In this document: positions 40,878 through 52,673 of the stretch, in pieces | How the letters are laid out: every line of letters starts with the position of its first letter | Numbering within the stretch: the stretch's first letter is position 1 | Source: Antedon mediterranea | Lineage: Eukaryota; Animalia; Echinodermata | Direction: 5' to 3' | DNA: 64,000 bases | Assembly: GCF_964355755.1 (NCBI RefSeq) | Contig: NC_092677.1 | Location: 14,964,101 to 15,028,100, forward strand | The notes under the pieces: generated by a model | The model's input: the letters and a program-made list of their open reading frames with translations, nothing else | What the model was told of the DNA's origin: nothing | Database searches by the model: none | Program-made: the position numbers and the translations under genes

Positions 40878-43800
40878 TGTTGTATATAGTAAATTATAAT
40901 GCAAAGTAAGGGCTCTAAACACAGCGTGTACAACTAAACATTTATTCAGAAGAGAGAGAGCAATTATGGCACGCCAAAGGCGTCGTTACAACATGCATAT
41001 ATAACACATCCTCCCTACCATTTTAAGAATAGTAAAGACTAGATTCTAGAGTTCTGTACTGTTCTGTAATCATTCGTAATTATAATGTTTCAATCAAAGT
41101 TTTCTGTATAATATCTTTCAATGCAATAATGAATAATAAAGTTCAACTAAAATCAACTTCTTGTTTCATGTCTATTTACAAGTCTAGTCTCTTTGGTGGG
41201 CGAATATTATTTCTTTTTGGATATCGACGTATGGGTGCAGTTTCTTGTGTAAGAGATGCGCTGCCAGTTGTAACAGGTGTGTCGGCGTTAACATTTCGAG
41301 TAAGGTTATCTGATTGTGGAGCGTCTGTTGGATTTAGTATTTCTGGAACATGGTCATCCTGGGTGAATATTTCTGTAGGAGTGACATTCACCATAGTTGG
41401 GTGTAGTTGATCAGCATGATGCCTCCATACTGTTCCAAGTCCTGTGTCAACTGTGTAAGATAGTGGACCAGTTTTTCCTTGTATTTGAGCTGGTATCCAT
41501 TTCTGGTTTGTGTTACGATAATCACGGACCATTACTGATTGTCCGGGTTGAAACTCTCGGATACTGGTTCCACAATGTTTTGCAAACTTCATACGATCTT
41601 GACCTTTCAAGACAGTAGCTGTTAGATCCGGTTTCAAAAGATCCAAACGCGTTCGTAGATTGCGTCCGTAGAGTAATTTTGCAGGTGTTTCCTTGGTAAG
41701 TGTATGAGGAGTTGTTCTGTACTTAAACAGAAATGTACTCAGATGTTGCTGTAATGAACGACAACTGTTTCCTCTTGCTTGCTTAATGGCCAATTTAAAC
41801 GTTTGCACAAATCTCTCTGCTAGGCCATTTGTTCTGGGGTGATATGGGGATGATGTGGTATGTCGAATACCATTTGCTTTCATGAAATCTGTAAATTCCT
41901 CCGACTTAAATTGAGGACCGTTGTCCGATACAATTTGTCTGGGAATACCATATTGGCTAAACATAATTCGCAATTTCTCAATAGTCAGTTGTGCTGTAGT
42001 AGATCTCATTGGATAAACTTCTGGCCATTTGCTATGGGCGTCAACAACAATTAAAAACATAGAGTTCATGAATGGCCCTGCAAAATCTATATGTAAGCGA
42101 TCCCATGGGGCAGATGGCCACTCCCAAGGGTGTACTGGTGCGGATTTTGGCATTTTGCTTGTTTGCTGGCAACCGATACAAGATTTACAAACTTGTTCAA
42201 TTTCGCAATCAATGTTAGGCCACCAGATGTAAGAGCGAGCTAAGTTTTTCATCTTAACAATCCCAATGTGTCCATCATGTATTTCATTAAGAATAGCAGC
42301 ACGAAGTCTATCTGGAATTAGTACTCGATTTCCCCACATTAAACACCCTTGATGGCAAGTAAGTTCTGTAAGACGGCGCTTGTAGGGTGTGTACGCTTCT
42401 TTGTCAGGAAGTTTGTTAGTCCCTTTTAAAACAGTATCTAATACGTGTGACAGAATCTGATCTTTCTGTGTTTCTTTCCGTATTTCTGTACTTGATATCG
42501 GCAACCTTTCAATCTGGGAGGTGTAGAATGTAGATGCCTCATCGACGTAATCAATCACATCTGTAGGTATAGGCAATCTACTCAATCCATCAGCATTCCC
42601 ATGAGCGTGCGTGTTGCGATATTCGATATCATATGTATGTCCAGATAGGTAAAGGGCATATCTTTGTAGTCTTGCAGCAGTCATTGCTGGAATTGACTTT
42701 TGTGGATGCAAGATGCTTACTAGCGGCTTATGATCTGTAACCAAAGTAAAATGTCGGCCATGCAGGTAAGTATGAAACTTTTGTATTCCCCAATAAAGTC
42801 CTAATGCTTCCTTATCTATTTGGGCATAGCCCTTTTCAGCTTTTGTTAAGGAGCGAGAAGCAAATGCAATTGGTCTTTCCTTTCCGTCTGGCATAATATG
42901 TGAAAGAACGCTACCAAGGCCGTATGGCGATGCATCACAGGCTAGTTTAACTGTTAGTTCAGGATTATAGTGGCATAGAACTTGGTCTGAAGTTATAAGT
43001 TCTTTGACCGCTTTAAAAGCTTCATCACATGAATTTGTCCATTTCCAAGTTTTTTCATTTTGTAAGAGTTCATTCAGGGGTGCGACTATGGACGATAAGT
43101 TTGGCAAAAACCTACGATAGTAATTTATTAAACCCAAGAATGATCGCATTTGCTGTTTGTTGTCAGGTTTTGGCGCATTGATAACTGCATGTATCTTGTC
43201 AGGGGATTTCTGTAACCCTTTTTCAGTTATCACATGACCACAGTATGTGATGTCTTCTTTGAAAAACTCACATTTCTCACGATTTACTCTTAAGTTGTAT
43301 TTCTCTAATCTCTCTAAAACTGTGTCCAAGTTTTTTAAGTGTTCCTCAGTTGTTTTTCCGCTGATGATCATATCATCCAATATGCAAGATGTAAAGGGTA
43401 CATTTTGCAGTACCTGGTCCATCGATCTTTGCCAGATTGCAGGAGCTGAGGCTACACCAAATGGAAGTCGGTTATATCTAAATAACCCTTTATGCGTATT
43501 AATAGTTAACAGTTCCTTTGAAGTGTCTTCCACTTCCATCTGTAAATATGCTTGTTTAAGGTCAATTTTTGTAAATTTCTGACCTCCTGCTAGAGATGCA
43601 AAGATATCTTCTATTTTAGGTAATGGGTACTGTTCTACTTTCATCACAGGATTAATTGTAACTTTAAAGTCACCACAGATTCTAACTTGCCCTGACTTCT
43701 TCTGTACAGGTACAATGGGAGCTGCCCATTCGCTGTATTTCACAGGGCTAATAATCTCTTGATTTTGTAGTCGTCCAAGCTCTTTTTCGACCTTGTCCCT

Positions 43801-45300
43801 CATTGAATATGGGACATTTCTTGGCTTGTGGAACTGTGGTTTGCTGTTTTCAGTGATGTAGATACTAGCTTTAATATTCTCCAGTTTCCCCAATTCATCT
43901 TTAAAAACAGCTTTATGTTTTTCTAAAATTTCATCCAGACCTTTAGTTGTTGCTTTTGCCTCATCAATGGCTTTTATTTCATGCCAATCTAATTTAAACT
44001 TCTTTAGCCAATCACGTCCGAATAAGGCTGGTCCGTTCAATGGAACGACCAATAACTCTGCAATTTCTTCATGATTGTTAAGACACACTTTAGTATTTAG
44101 CATGCCTATTGGTACAATAGTCTCACCAGAATATGTTTTCAACCTAATTGTAGTTTTCTGTAATGGTAACGACTGGAATGCTTTCTTGTAGGTCAACTCT
44201 GGAATCAGTGATACTGATGATCCAGTGTCCAATTCCATAGGGATTTTCTTTCCATTTATAGATGCAACCACTATAATTGGCTCCACTTTTGACTTATGAT
44301 TTGCATATAGCATAGGTTCATAGTTGACTTCCTCTCCCTGTACATACTGTACATTCTTTTTAAGGTTACCAGTGTTAGGCTTTGACACATTATTGTCTTT
44401 CTTTTTCTTCATGCATACTTTTTCTAGATGTCCTTCCTTGGAACAGTAATTGCAAACAGTATGTATGTGCCTGCAGTGATCAGCTTTATGGCCTGTATTA
44501 CCACATCTGTAACAGTGTGTAGATGCTTTACTTTGTTTATGACCTTGGTGTCTTTTAGATTGGTAATTTTTTGTAGTAAACTTATTTACATTGCTCTCAC
44601 CTGTAGTATTTGGTGTCCTTGTTTTCTGAAATTCTGTAGCATCACGACTTGCTGTTTCCATAGCTACAGCGGTTTTAATTGCATCATCTAATTTAAGGTC
44701 ATGAACCGCCAGTAAACGTTTCTGAATGTTCTCTTGACGCAACCCGCAGACGAAAATGTCTCGCAGTGTCGAGGTCAAAGTGTTTCCGAAATTGCAATGA
44801 ATGGCTAACCTTCGTAGTTCAGCAATGTATGAAGCAATGCTTTCCCCGCTATGCTGTTCTCTTTTGTAGAACCGAAATCGTTCAGCGATTTCCGATGGCT
44901 TTGGGCAAAGATGTGTCGTGAGCTTTGTAATTAAATCTGCGTAAGACAGTGTCGCTGGTTTCTCCGGTGAACACAAATTCTTTAGTAGCGTGTACGTTTT
45001 CGGTCCGATGAGTGCAAGCAATGCCGGTACCTTCCGATCATCATCGACCTTGTTGGCTACAAAATATTGATCTAACCGTTCGGTATACGAATCCCAAGCT
45101 TCTAAAGATGAATCAAATTCTTCCACCTTTCCTATTATAACTGCCATGCTCATCCTCGTCGCCAAAATTTATGTTGTATATAGTAAATTATAATGCAAAG
45201 TAAGGGCTCTAAACACAGCGTGTACAACTAAACATTTATTCAGAAGAGAGAGAGCAATTATGGCACGCCAAAGGCGTCGTTACAACATGCATATATAACA
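40878..45300 (-). mobile_element. Full-length Ty3/Gypsy LTR retrotransposon (Mag/SURL-like), very recent insertion
   Basis: Identical 129-bp LTRs (40878-41006 and 45172-45300, TG...CA), 5-bp TSD ATTCT, PBS TGGCGACGAGG (45164-45154), PPT GGTAGGGAGGATG adjacent to the 3' LTR. The empty site is visible in the sister repeat copy at ~35482. Confidence 0.98.
41176..45153 (-). CDS. Gag-Pol polyprotein (two CCHC knuckles, protease, RT, RNase H, integrase), ~1325 aa from the ATG at 45153
   Basis: Uninterrupted ORF with CYRCGNTGHKADHC, LDTGS, LPFG..ILDD, DASPYG, HDGH..CIGC, IDFAGP, SDNGPQF and NGLAERFV. Confidence 0.97.
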   Translation of the reverse strand: MSMAVIIGKVEEFDSSLEAWDSYTERLDQYFVANKVDDDRKVPALLALIGPKTYTLLKNLCSPEKPATLSYADLITKLTTHLCPKPSEIAERFRFYKREQHSGESIASYIAELRRLAIHCNFGNTLTSTLRDIFVCGLRQENIQKRLLAVHDLKLDDAIKTAVAMETASRDATEFQKTRTPNTTGESNVNKFTTKNYQSKRHQGHKQSKASTHCYRCGNTGHKADHCRHIHTVCNYCSKEGHLEKVCMKKKKDNNVSKPNTGNLKKNVQYVQGEEVNYEPMLYANHKSKVEPIIVVASINGKKIPMELDTGSSVSLIPELTYKKAFQSLPLQKTTIRLKTYSGETIVPIGMLNTKVCLNNHEEIAELLVVPLNGPALFGRDWLKKFKLDWHEIKAIDEAKATTKGLDEILEKHKAVFKDELGKLENIKASIYITENSKPQFHKPRNVPYSMRDKVEKELGRLQNQEIISPVKYSEWAAPIVPVQKKSGQVRICGDFKVTINPVMKVEQYPLPKIEDIFASLAGGQKFTKIDLKQAYLQMEVEDTSKELLTINTHKGLFRYNRLPFGVASAPAIWQRSMDQVLQNVPFTSCILDDMIISGKTTEEHLKNLDTVLERLEKYNLRVNREKCEFFKEDITYCGHVITEKGLQKSPDKIHAVINAPKPDNKQQMRSFLGLINYYRRFLPNLSSIVAPLNELLQNEKTWKWTNSCDEAFKAVKELITSDQVLCHYNPELTVKLACDASPYGLGSVLSHIMPDGKERPIAFASRSLTKAEKGYAQIDKEALGLYWGIQKFHTYLHGRHFTLVTDHKPLVSILHPQKSIPAMTAARLQRYALYLSGHTYDIEYRNTHAHGNADGLSRLPIPTDVIDYVDEASTFYTSQIERLPISSTEIRKETQKDQILSHVLDTVLKGTNKLPDKEAYTPYKRRLTELTCHQGCLMWGNRVLIPDRLRAAILNEIHDGHIGIVKMKNLARSYIWWPNIDCEIEQVCKSCIGCQQTSKMPKSAPVHPWEWPSAPWDRLHIDFAGPFMNSMFLIVVDAHSKWPEVYPMRSTTAQLTIEKLRIMFSQYGIPRQIVSDNGPQFKSEEFTDFMKANGIRHTTSSPYHPRTNGLAERFVQTFKLAIKQARGNSCRSLQQHLSTFLFKYRTTPHTLTKETPAKLLYGRNLRTRLDLLKPDLTATVLKGQDRMKFAKHCGTSIREFQPGQSVMVRDYRNTNQKWIPAQIQGKTGPLSYTVDTGLGTVWRHHADQLHPTMVNVTPTEIFTQDDHVPEILNPTDAPQSDNLTRNVNADTPVTTGSASLTQETAPIRRYPKRNNIRPPKRLDL

Positions 45301-48300
45301 ATTCTCTAGCAACCACTTAAACTTTTCCCAGCATATTTGCCAAATGTTATCACTATGCTTGCTTTCCAAAATGAGCCGCCTGTATTTTTTGCAGTCTTTT
45401 CAGCTGACTCTGACGTTATCCACCGTGTCGGAACTTTCTTTTGTTCTTTTGGAAGTTGGTCATATATATAAGCGCTTCTTTAGAGCACTTCAATTGTGCC
45501 ACTCCATGTCTACATGTGGGTATGAATGGGTATTGATGTTGCCTTGAATGACTGATTAAGTTCTGCTTTAAACTAAATTCTTTACCACATGTCACACGTA
45601 TATGAAACTCTTCTCCTCATGTGTATTTATGTGCCCTGAGCACACTTGTGACATACTGCATAGTTCCCTTCCCATCACCATAGATTGTCTTAAGGACCTG
45701 AAAAAGCATAAATAAATAGGGAAATATGGAATACATTTCCAATAATCTATAATATTCTATAATAAATGTATTTATTCCTTATATCATAAAATTACCACCA
45801 TCTTCTCCATCTCCATAAGATGGGCACGGTGCAGAACTCAAGGAGACGGAATGGGTACAGAAGGGATTGGTGGAGTACACTTTTGTCCAGTGAAGGGAAG
45901 TATCCCAAGCTGTGATGGGGACAAGGTACTGGTCGATTGAGCTTCAATCAACAGCGTCTGGTACAGATCTAGGCGGTCAGTATACTGTACCATTCATCAT
46001 GGCCCTGCTGAACCAACCGATGCACCTTTGTCATCGAGGCGGAGTTCAGTCTGTCTGCAAGTAGAGCGGCCACATATGATAGCAAGCACCACCATTACTC
46101 CAAAAGCCTCTCCCGTTTGCCATCTCAGCTCTGGACATTTTTCACCAGTCGCAATAAACTGACTTAATAGCCAGACCACCCATCATCATTTTCTATTGAG
46201 CAATAAGGCCAACGGCCATCCTGGAGTCTGCTTCAGAGGCCACAACTGTAGTAGTCAAAAATTTCCCCCATTCATTGAGCACACTTGTTACATACTGCAT
46301 AGTTCCCTTCCCATCACCATAGATTTTTTAAAGGACCTGTAAAAGCATAAATAAATAGGGAAATATGGAATACTTTGCCAATAATCTATAATAAATGTGG
46401 CGGGTGAAAATTCATTTTGTTTTTGAACACTTGCAGGCTCCCCCATATTACCCTTTTCAAAAATACCATGTGGCCCATCACTCTTAATCCATTGTACATT
46501 TAGGGTATACATCTTCTCATCCCAAGATTTATCTCAGCATCTTCAAATAAATTCATCATCAATAAATTCATCGTCACTGGTTTCTAAAAGGTAAAAAAAA
46601 TTATGATACTACTGGTCAATAGAAATAACAAAACAAAAAAACGTTTGTAACTATCACAATAAATAATTGCATTTAAAAACTATCATTAATATGATATACT
46701 GTAGTAATAGGGGGAAAGTTTTGGACGATTTCTAATAGCCTCTCTTTCTGCCAACGTAGATGGGAACTGGTTTCTATTTGACTGATAAAAGGATTTAGTA
46801 GCCACTTTACCCAGCCTACATCATTCTCCAGCAACCACTTAAACTTTTCCCGGCATATTTGCCAAATAATTTCCTTGACTTATGGTGTCATAGATGTTGG
46901 GATGAGTTGTCTTCAATTGTACCATCTCTGCCCAATAGGCTGGAAGGTACTGTGCATAATTAGTTCTATCATAGGCAATGAACCATGGTAACATCATGCT
47001 TGTAGCAGCTAAATGAAGTTACCAATCTGATGTTCTAGTAGCTCGTAGAAACATAAGCAACAACGAAATCATGTCGATAAACGAGCACCAGAAATAAAAT
47101 GTAGACATTCGCTTCTCTTTTTCTTTTAACAAATTCTTCATACAGTACATCCTACAAATAGCATCGGCATTTTTATTGTTTCTGACACCATTTATTGAAC
47201 CACCTGCAATAATTCCAGATTTTACAAGAACATCTTTAAGGCAAGCATCTGCAAACTTTTTTCCAATGACTGATATGACATACATGTGTGAAATTCACTC
47301 AGACGAACTACTAACTTCTGCTCTCCTGAACCTTCGCATATACTGCTTGATGAAACACACATAGAATTTGAAACAACATGAACTTGTTGGCCATATCAAG
47401 GCTCCTATTTATTACTGTATTTATTGTGGTCAAATCAGTAGCTGAAGCTTCTATGACAGGCAGATAATGGATTCCTTGATGCTGTAATTGTGACTTTGGA
47501 TATTGTAACGTCCATCCATGATGATTTTTGATGAAGTATGGTCATCTTTCCACCTACCGATAGTTATCGACATCTGGCGTTTATCCAAATTGCATAATGG
47601 TCCCACACGTTTCACACGATGATATTCACTCAGTTCTATGTCAACATGTTGGAACTTGCGTACCCCTTTCTTGATGGTTTGTCGTGTTTTCATTTTAGAT
47701 GGCTAGCTCTCCCTTTATTGACTGCAACATAATACCATTAGTGTGATGGGTAGTACCATGGCCATTTACACTTATTACGATCAAAATGGCTCTCCAAACA
47801 GAAACAGATAACAACAAATAGTAAAATAAATAAATTACTATTTAAAAATATAGTATATGTAAATAAAATAATAAACATCTTATTTTCAAGCGATTATCAA
47901 GATAAATCTTGACAGCAGGAAATTGAGATGCAAACTGCAGGAGCTGCTCCTTTTGCCACTTCATGTGGAGACATTTGTCCCCATTCTGACAGAATTCATA
48001 CAGAAGCCAAACTGTATATTATTATAACCGACATCATTTTCAAGTAGCCAATTAAACGATTATCCCATATATTTTCCAAAAGTTAATACTATAGCCGATT
48101 GCGACAAATCATTATTGGCTGATTTTTTAGTTGCAGTCTCAGCTGTCTTTGGGCCCAACCACACAAGATCAATGTTCTTTTTAGTCATTCCAGCCACTTT
48201 CAGAGCTTCCTTGCTACATTTGAGTCTTGCTTCGTCCTCTTTAAAGATTGCAATGGATGGGTATTGATGTACCTTTTGTCCATCTAAATATTGCTTTAGG

Positions 48301-48310
48301 GTGTAAGTAA

Positions 48311-48670
48311 ATGTGCGATAGTTCATATGCTCCTTCATCTCTATTCATATTATTAGGGTGTAATCTTTTGTATCGCTTCTTTTATTTTTCTTGTGTTCCA
48401 TTCAGTTTCTTTTGCTAAGACTTTGATGTTGTTCCAATTGGGTGTGTGACCAAGAGTCGCCATATGATCCGTGATAGCCGAGCTGTGAAACTTTTCTGAT
48501 GCCGACTTTCTGCTTGATCTGGTTGAAACACCTTTGCATTGTTCTACAACTTCGGTTTTATGTTCTTTAATCCTGGTCTTCAGCGCTCGTCCTGTTTCTC
48601 CAACATACATACTATCGCAGTTATGACAGTTCACTTGATATACAACACCACAAGTGTCTTCTTTTATCAC
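48311..48670 (-). mobile_element. Penelope-like element GIY-YIG endonuclease fragment
   Basis: GVVYQVNCHNCDSMYVGETGRALKTRIKEH...SAITDH..LGH..NW...RKIKEAI. Confidence 0.85.
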
Positions 48671-49933
48671 TATGCTTGCTTTCCAAAATGAGCCGCCTGT
48701 ATTTGTTGAAGTCTTTTCAGCTGACTCTGACGTTATCCATCGTGTCGGAACTTTCTTTTGTTCTTTTGGAAGTTGGTCATATATATATGCGCTTCTTTAG
48801 AGCACTTCAATTGTGCCACTCCATATCTATATGTGGGTATGAATGGGTATTGATGTTGCCTTGATTGACTGATTAAGTTCTGCTTTAAACTAAATTCTTT
48901 ACCACATGTCACACATATGAAACTCTTCTCCTCATGTGTATTTGTGTGCCTTGAGCACACTTGTGACATACTGCATAGTTCCCTTCCCATCACCATAGAT
49001 TGTCTTAAGGACCTGAAAAAGCATAAATAAATAGGGAAATATGGAATACTTTGCCAATAATCTATAATAAATGTCGCGGGTGTTTTTGAACACTTGCAGG
49101 CTCCCCCATATTAATAAGTTCAGTTAAGAGTTCAGTCTGTCTGCAAGTAGAGCGGCCACGCTCTTATCAACTGCCCGCTTGCCACATATGATAGCAAGCA
49201 CCACCATTACTCCAAAAGCCTCCCCGTTTGCCATCTCAGCTCTGGACATTTTTCACCAGTCGCAATAAACTGACTTAATAGCCAGACCACCCATCATCAT
49301 TTTCTATTGAGCAATAAGGCCAACGGCCATCCTGGAGTCTGCTTCAGAGGCCACAACTGTAGTAGTCAAAAATTTCCTCCATTCATTGAGCACACTTGTT
49401 ACATACTGCATAGTTCCCTTCCCATCACCATAGATTTTTTAAAGGACCTGTAAAAGCATAAATAAATAGGGAAATATGGAATACTTTGCTAATAATCTAT
49501 AATAAATGTGGCGGGTGAAAATTCATCTTGTTTTTGAACACTTGCAGGCTCCCCCATATTACCCTTTTCAAAAATACCATGTGGCCCATCACTCTTAATC
49601 CATTGTACATTTAGGGTATACATCAATCAATAAATAACGAAATCATGTCGATAAACGAGCTCCAGAAATCAAATGTAGCATTCGCTTCTCTTTTTCTTTT
49701 AACAAATTCTTCATACAGTACATCCTACAAATAGCACCGGCATTTTTCTTGTTTCTGACACCATTTATTGAACCACCTGCAATAATTGCAGATTCTACAA
49801 AAACATCTTTAAGGCCAGCATCTGCAAACCTTTTTCCAATGACTGATATGACATACATGTGTGAAATTCACCCAGACGAACTACTAACTTTTTCTTTAAG
49901 TTTTCATCTGCCCATCTGATCTCCTTCGCATAT

Positions 49934-51207
49934 CAGGCCCGTAGCCAGGGTGGGTTTTTATGGTTCGGGCGAACCCCCCCTTTACAGCGAACCCCCCTTA
50001 ACCGACTGCGAACCCCCATCCCCGACATGCCCAATACCTCACCCTCATCCCCGAAAATCCTCTAAATACGTGCCCCACAGTACAAAAGGTTGTTTGTAAA
50101 TTGAAAAATTTGTAAACTCGTTCGTGAATAACTCATACAGTACCTTCTTCCCTGTATGAGCGTACTTCGAGCGATACGTGTCTGTAAATGAATTGCCAAA
50201 TATAACCTGAAAAATAAATGTTTGGTTCCTGCATATGTAACATGATATTGACGCGTCTCAGAGCGAGCTGGGGCACGAACGATTCGTACAAAGGACACCG
50301 CCCGACAACTGCGTACCTATTGTTTAGATCACTAGCAGTCAGCATGCATAAAGTATATAGCCTTCCAACGTACATTAGTATTTATGTGTGGCTTTGAGTA
50401 TAATGTATCATCATCATAGAGGATTATAGTGAATATTAATATATTACACTATAATATCTATGGTATCATGTACTGTAGTTCACATTATGGCATCCGATTA
50501 TTTTTTTCTAGACCACCACCAGCCGATACATACTTAAAACTGTATCAATAACACCTATTTACATTGGCATATTTAATTTCATCAACAAATTGCTGTAAAT
50601 AAATATTATAGATAGAGCTATAATTATGAATTGCATTTTCCTTCACCCAGTGTGCTTTCGGGGCTTCTCTTAGACGTACGTTCGCATTGACCTTGAACGC
50701 AAAACAAAATACCGACTGAATTATCAAACAATCGGCGGTTCCGCACACAGCACGCGCATCTAACATACGGCAACAAATGTTATCGTCCTTAAAGCGTGGT
50801 TCTTCCCACTAGAACGCAACGCAGCGACGTATCGATGCAAAGTGCTGTATTCGGGGCTGTATTACGTAATCATAAGTGGGAACCGACGACGCAATAGTGC
50901 TGCAAACGTCGTAGGTTTAATTTCACGCAGGCGGGGGAAAACACAATTATTATTGGAAGGGCATTTGCTTATATTGCGTAGATTGCGTTACGTTGCGTCG
51001 CTAGTGGGAACCAAGCTTTAAATAGTCCAAGTACGATCGTTTTGCTGCATGAGAGTGTCTTTTCTGGCCATATAGGGGTGTCATTTAACAAAATTCGCTT
51101 CGCCTCAGGCCCCACCCCCAGGAAGGGGGGGGGGGGGGTGTGACCCAAATACTTAGTGTCCGAACCCCATCCCCCCCCCCCCTTGACAGATCCTGGCTAC
51201 GGCCCTG
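49934..51207. mobile_element. Non-autonomous hAT-type element with a 5-bp TSD (hAT5-like)
   Basis: TIR CAGG(C/G)CCGTAGCCAGG and TSD CATAT; the empty site ccttcgcatatactgc is present in sister copies (e.g. ~37509). Confidence 0.85.
50793..51017. mobile_element. ~225-bp MITE nested in the hAT element
   Basis: Inverted ends AGC(G/T)TGGTTC..CCACTAG.ACGCAACG, with TTAA on both flanks. Confidence 0.75.
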
Positions 51208-51880
51208 CATATACTGCTTGATCAAACACACATACAATTTGGGACAACATGAACTTGTTGGCCATATCAAGGCTCCTATGTATTACTATACTGTATTTAT
51301 TGTGGTCAAATCAGTAGCTGAAGCTTCTATGACAGGCAGATAATGGATTCCTAGATAATGGATTCCTTGATGCTGTAATTGTGACTTTGGATATTGTAAC
51401 CAGTCCATCTGTCCATCCATGATGATTTTTGATGAAGTAAGGTCATCTTTCCACCTACCGATAGTTATCGACATCTGGCGTTCATCCAAATTGCATAATG
51501 GTCCCACATGTTTCACACGATGATATTCACTCAGTTCTATGTCAACATGTTGGAACTTGCGTACGCCTTTCTTGATGGTTTGTCGTGTTTTCATTTTAGA
51601 TGGCTAGCTCTCGCTTTGACTGCAACATAATACCAGTAGTGTGATGGGTAGTACCATGGCCATACACTTATTACGATCAAAATGGCTCTCCAAACAGAAA
51701 TAGATAACAACAAATAGTAAAATGAATAAATTACTATTTAAAAATATATAGTATATGTAAATAAAATAATAATCTTACTTTCAAGCGATTATCAAGATAA
51801 ATCTTGACAGCAGGAAATTGAGATGCAAACTGCAGGAGCTGCTCCTTTTACCACTTCATGTGGAGACATTTGTCCCCATT

Positions 51881-52310
51881 CTAACAGAATTCATACAGAA
51901 GCCAAACTGTATAACCGACATCATTTTCAAGTAGCGCAATTAAACGATTATCCCATATATTTTCCAAAAGAATTAATACTATAGCCGATTGCCACAAATC
52001 ATTATTGGCTGATTTTTTAGCTGCAGTTTCAGCTGTCTTTGGGCCCAACCACACAGGATCAATGTTCTTTTTAGTCATTCCAGCCACTTTCAGAGCTTCC
52101 TTGCTAAATTTGAGTCTTGCTTCGACCTCTTTAAAGATTGCAATGGATGGGTATTGATGTACCTTTTTGTGTCCATCTAAACATTGCTTTAGGGTGTAAG
52201 TTTTGAGGCATACATCACACTTGAAGTTCTTGCGTTTACCATTTAGCTTCATATGGCGGTTGAGATTCGACTTCACAGTGAATTTTCCCTTGCAAATAGT
52301 ACACTCGTGA
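51881..52310 (-). pseudogene. N-terminal segment of a Dada-type protein with tandem C2H2 zinc fingers (copies also at ~32800-33200 and ~38180-38580)
   Basis: HECTICKGKFTVKSNLNRH..FKCDVCLKTYTLKQCLDGHKKVH followed by FGKYMG..F.WLLENDVGY, a motif recalled from the N-terminus of DUF6729/Dada-like proteins. Confidence 0.7.
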
Positions 52311-52673
52311 TTGATTGATATTAATATGGGGGGGGGGCGGGGCCCTAGGCCTCTACTCTAGGAAGCAGGTCTGGTCAACTCGTCACCAAAAGAATGACTT
52401 GGGCCTTTATTTAAGCCCTGTGTGGGCCTAGAGGCTAGTAAGCCTAGGCTAGCCAGGTAGGGTACAGCCGAGCTAGACCTACCTATTAGACCTAGGCCTA
52501 TATATAGGCTAGCCTCTAGGCGTACTTAATAATATTAATAAAACACAAGTTCATTCATTACAATGCCGAGATCGTCGGCGGCCGAAAAAGTCATAGGCCC
52601 AGGCCTACTACCTTACCTACTCTACTAGCCTAAGTAGGCAACATTTGCCATAGGTTACCTACTCTACTATTAT

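Noticed and set aside
41129-44691. Plus-strand short ORFs overlapping the Gypsy pol
   Set aside because: Antisense shadows of a long ORF with no recognisable motifs; most other 60-110-aa ORFs in the track are similarly spurious.
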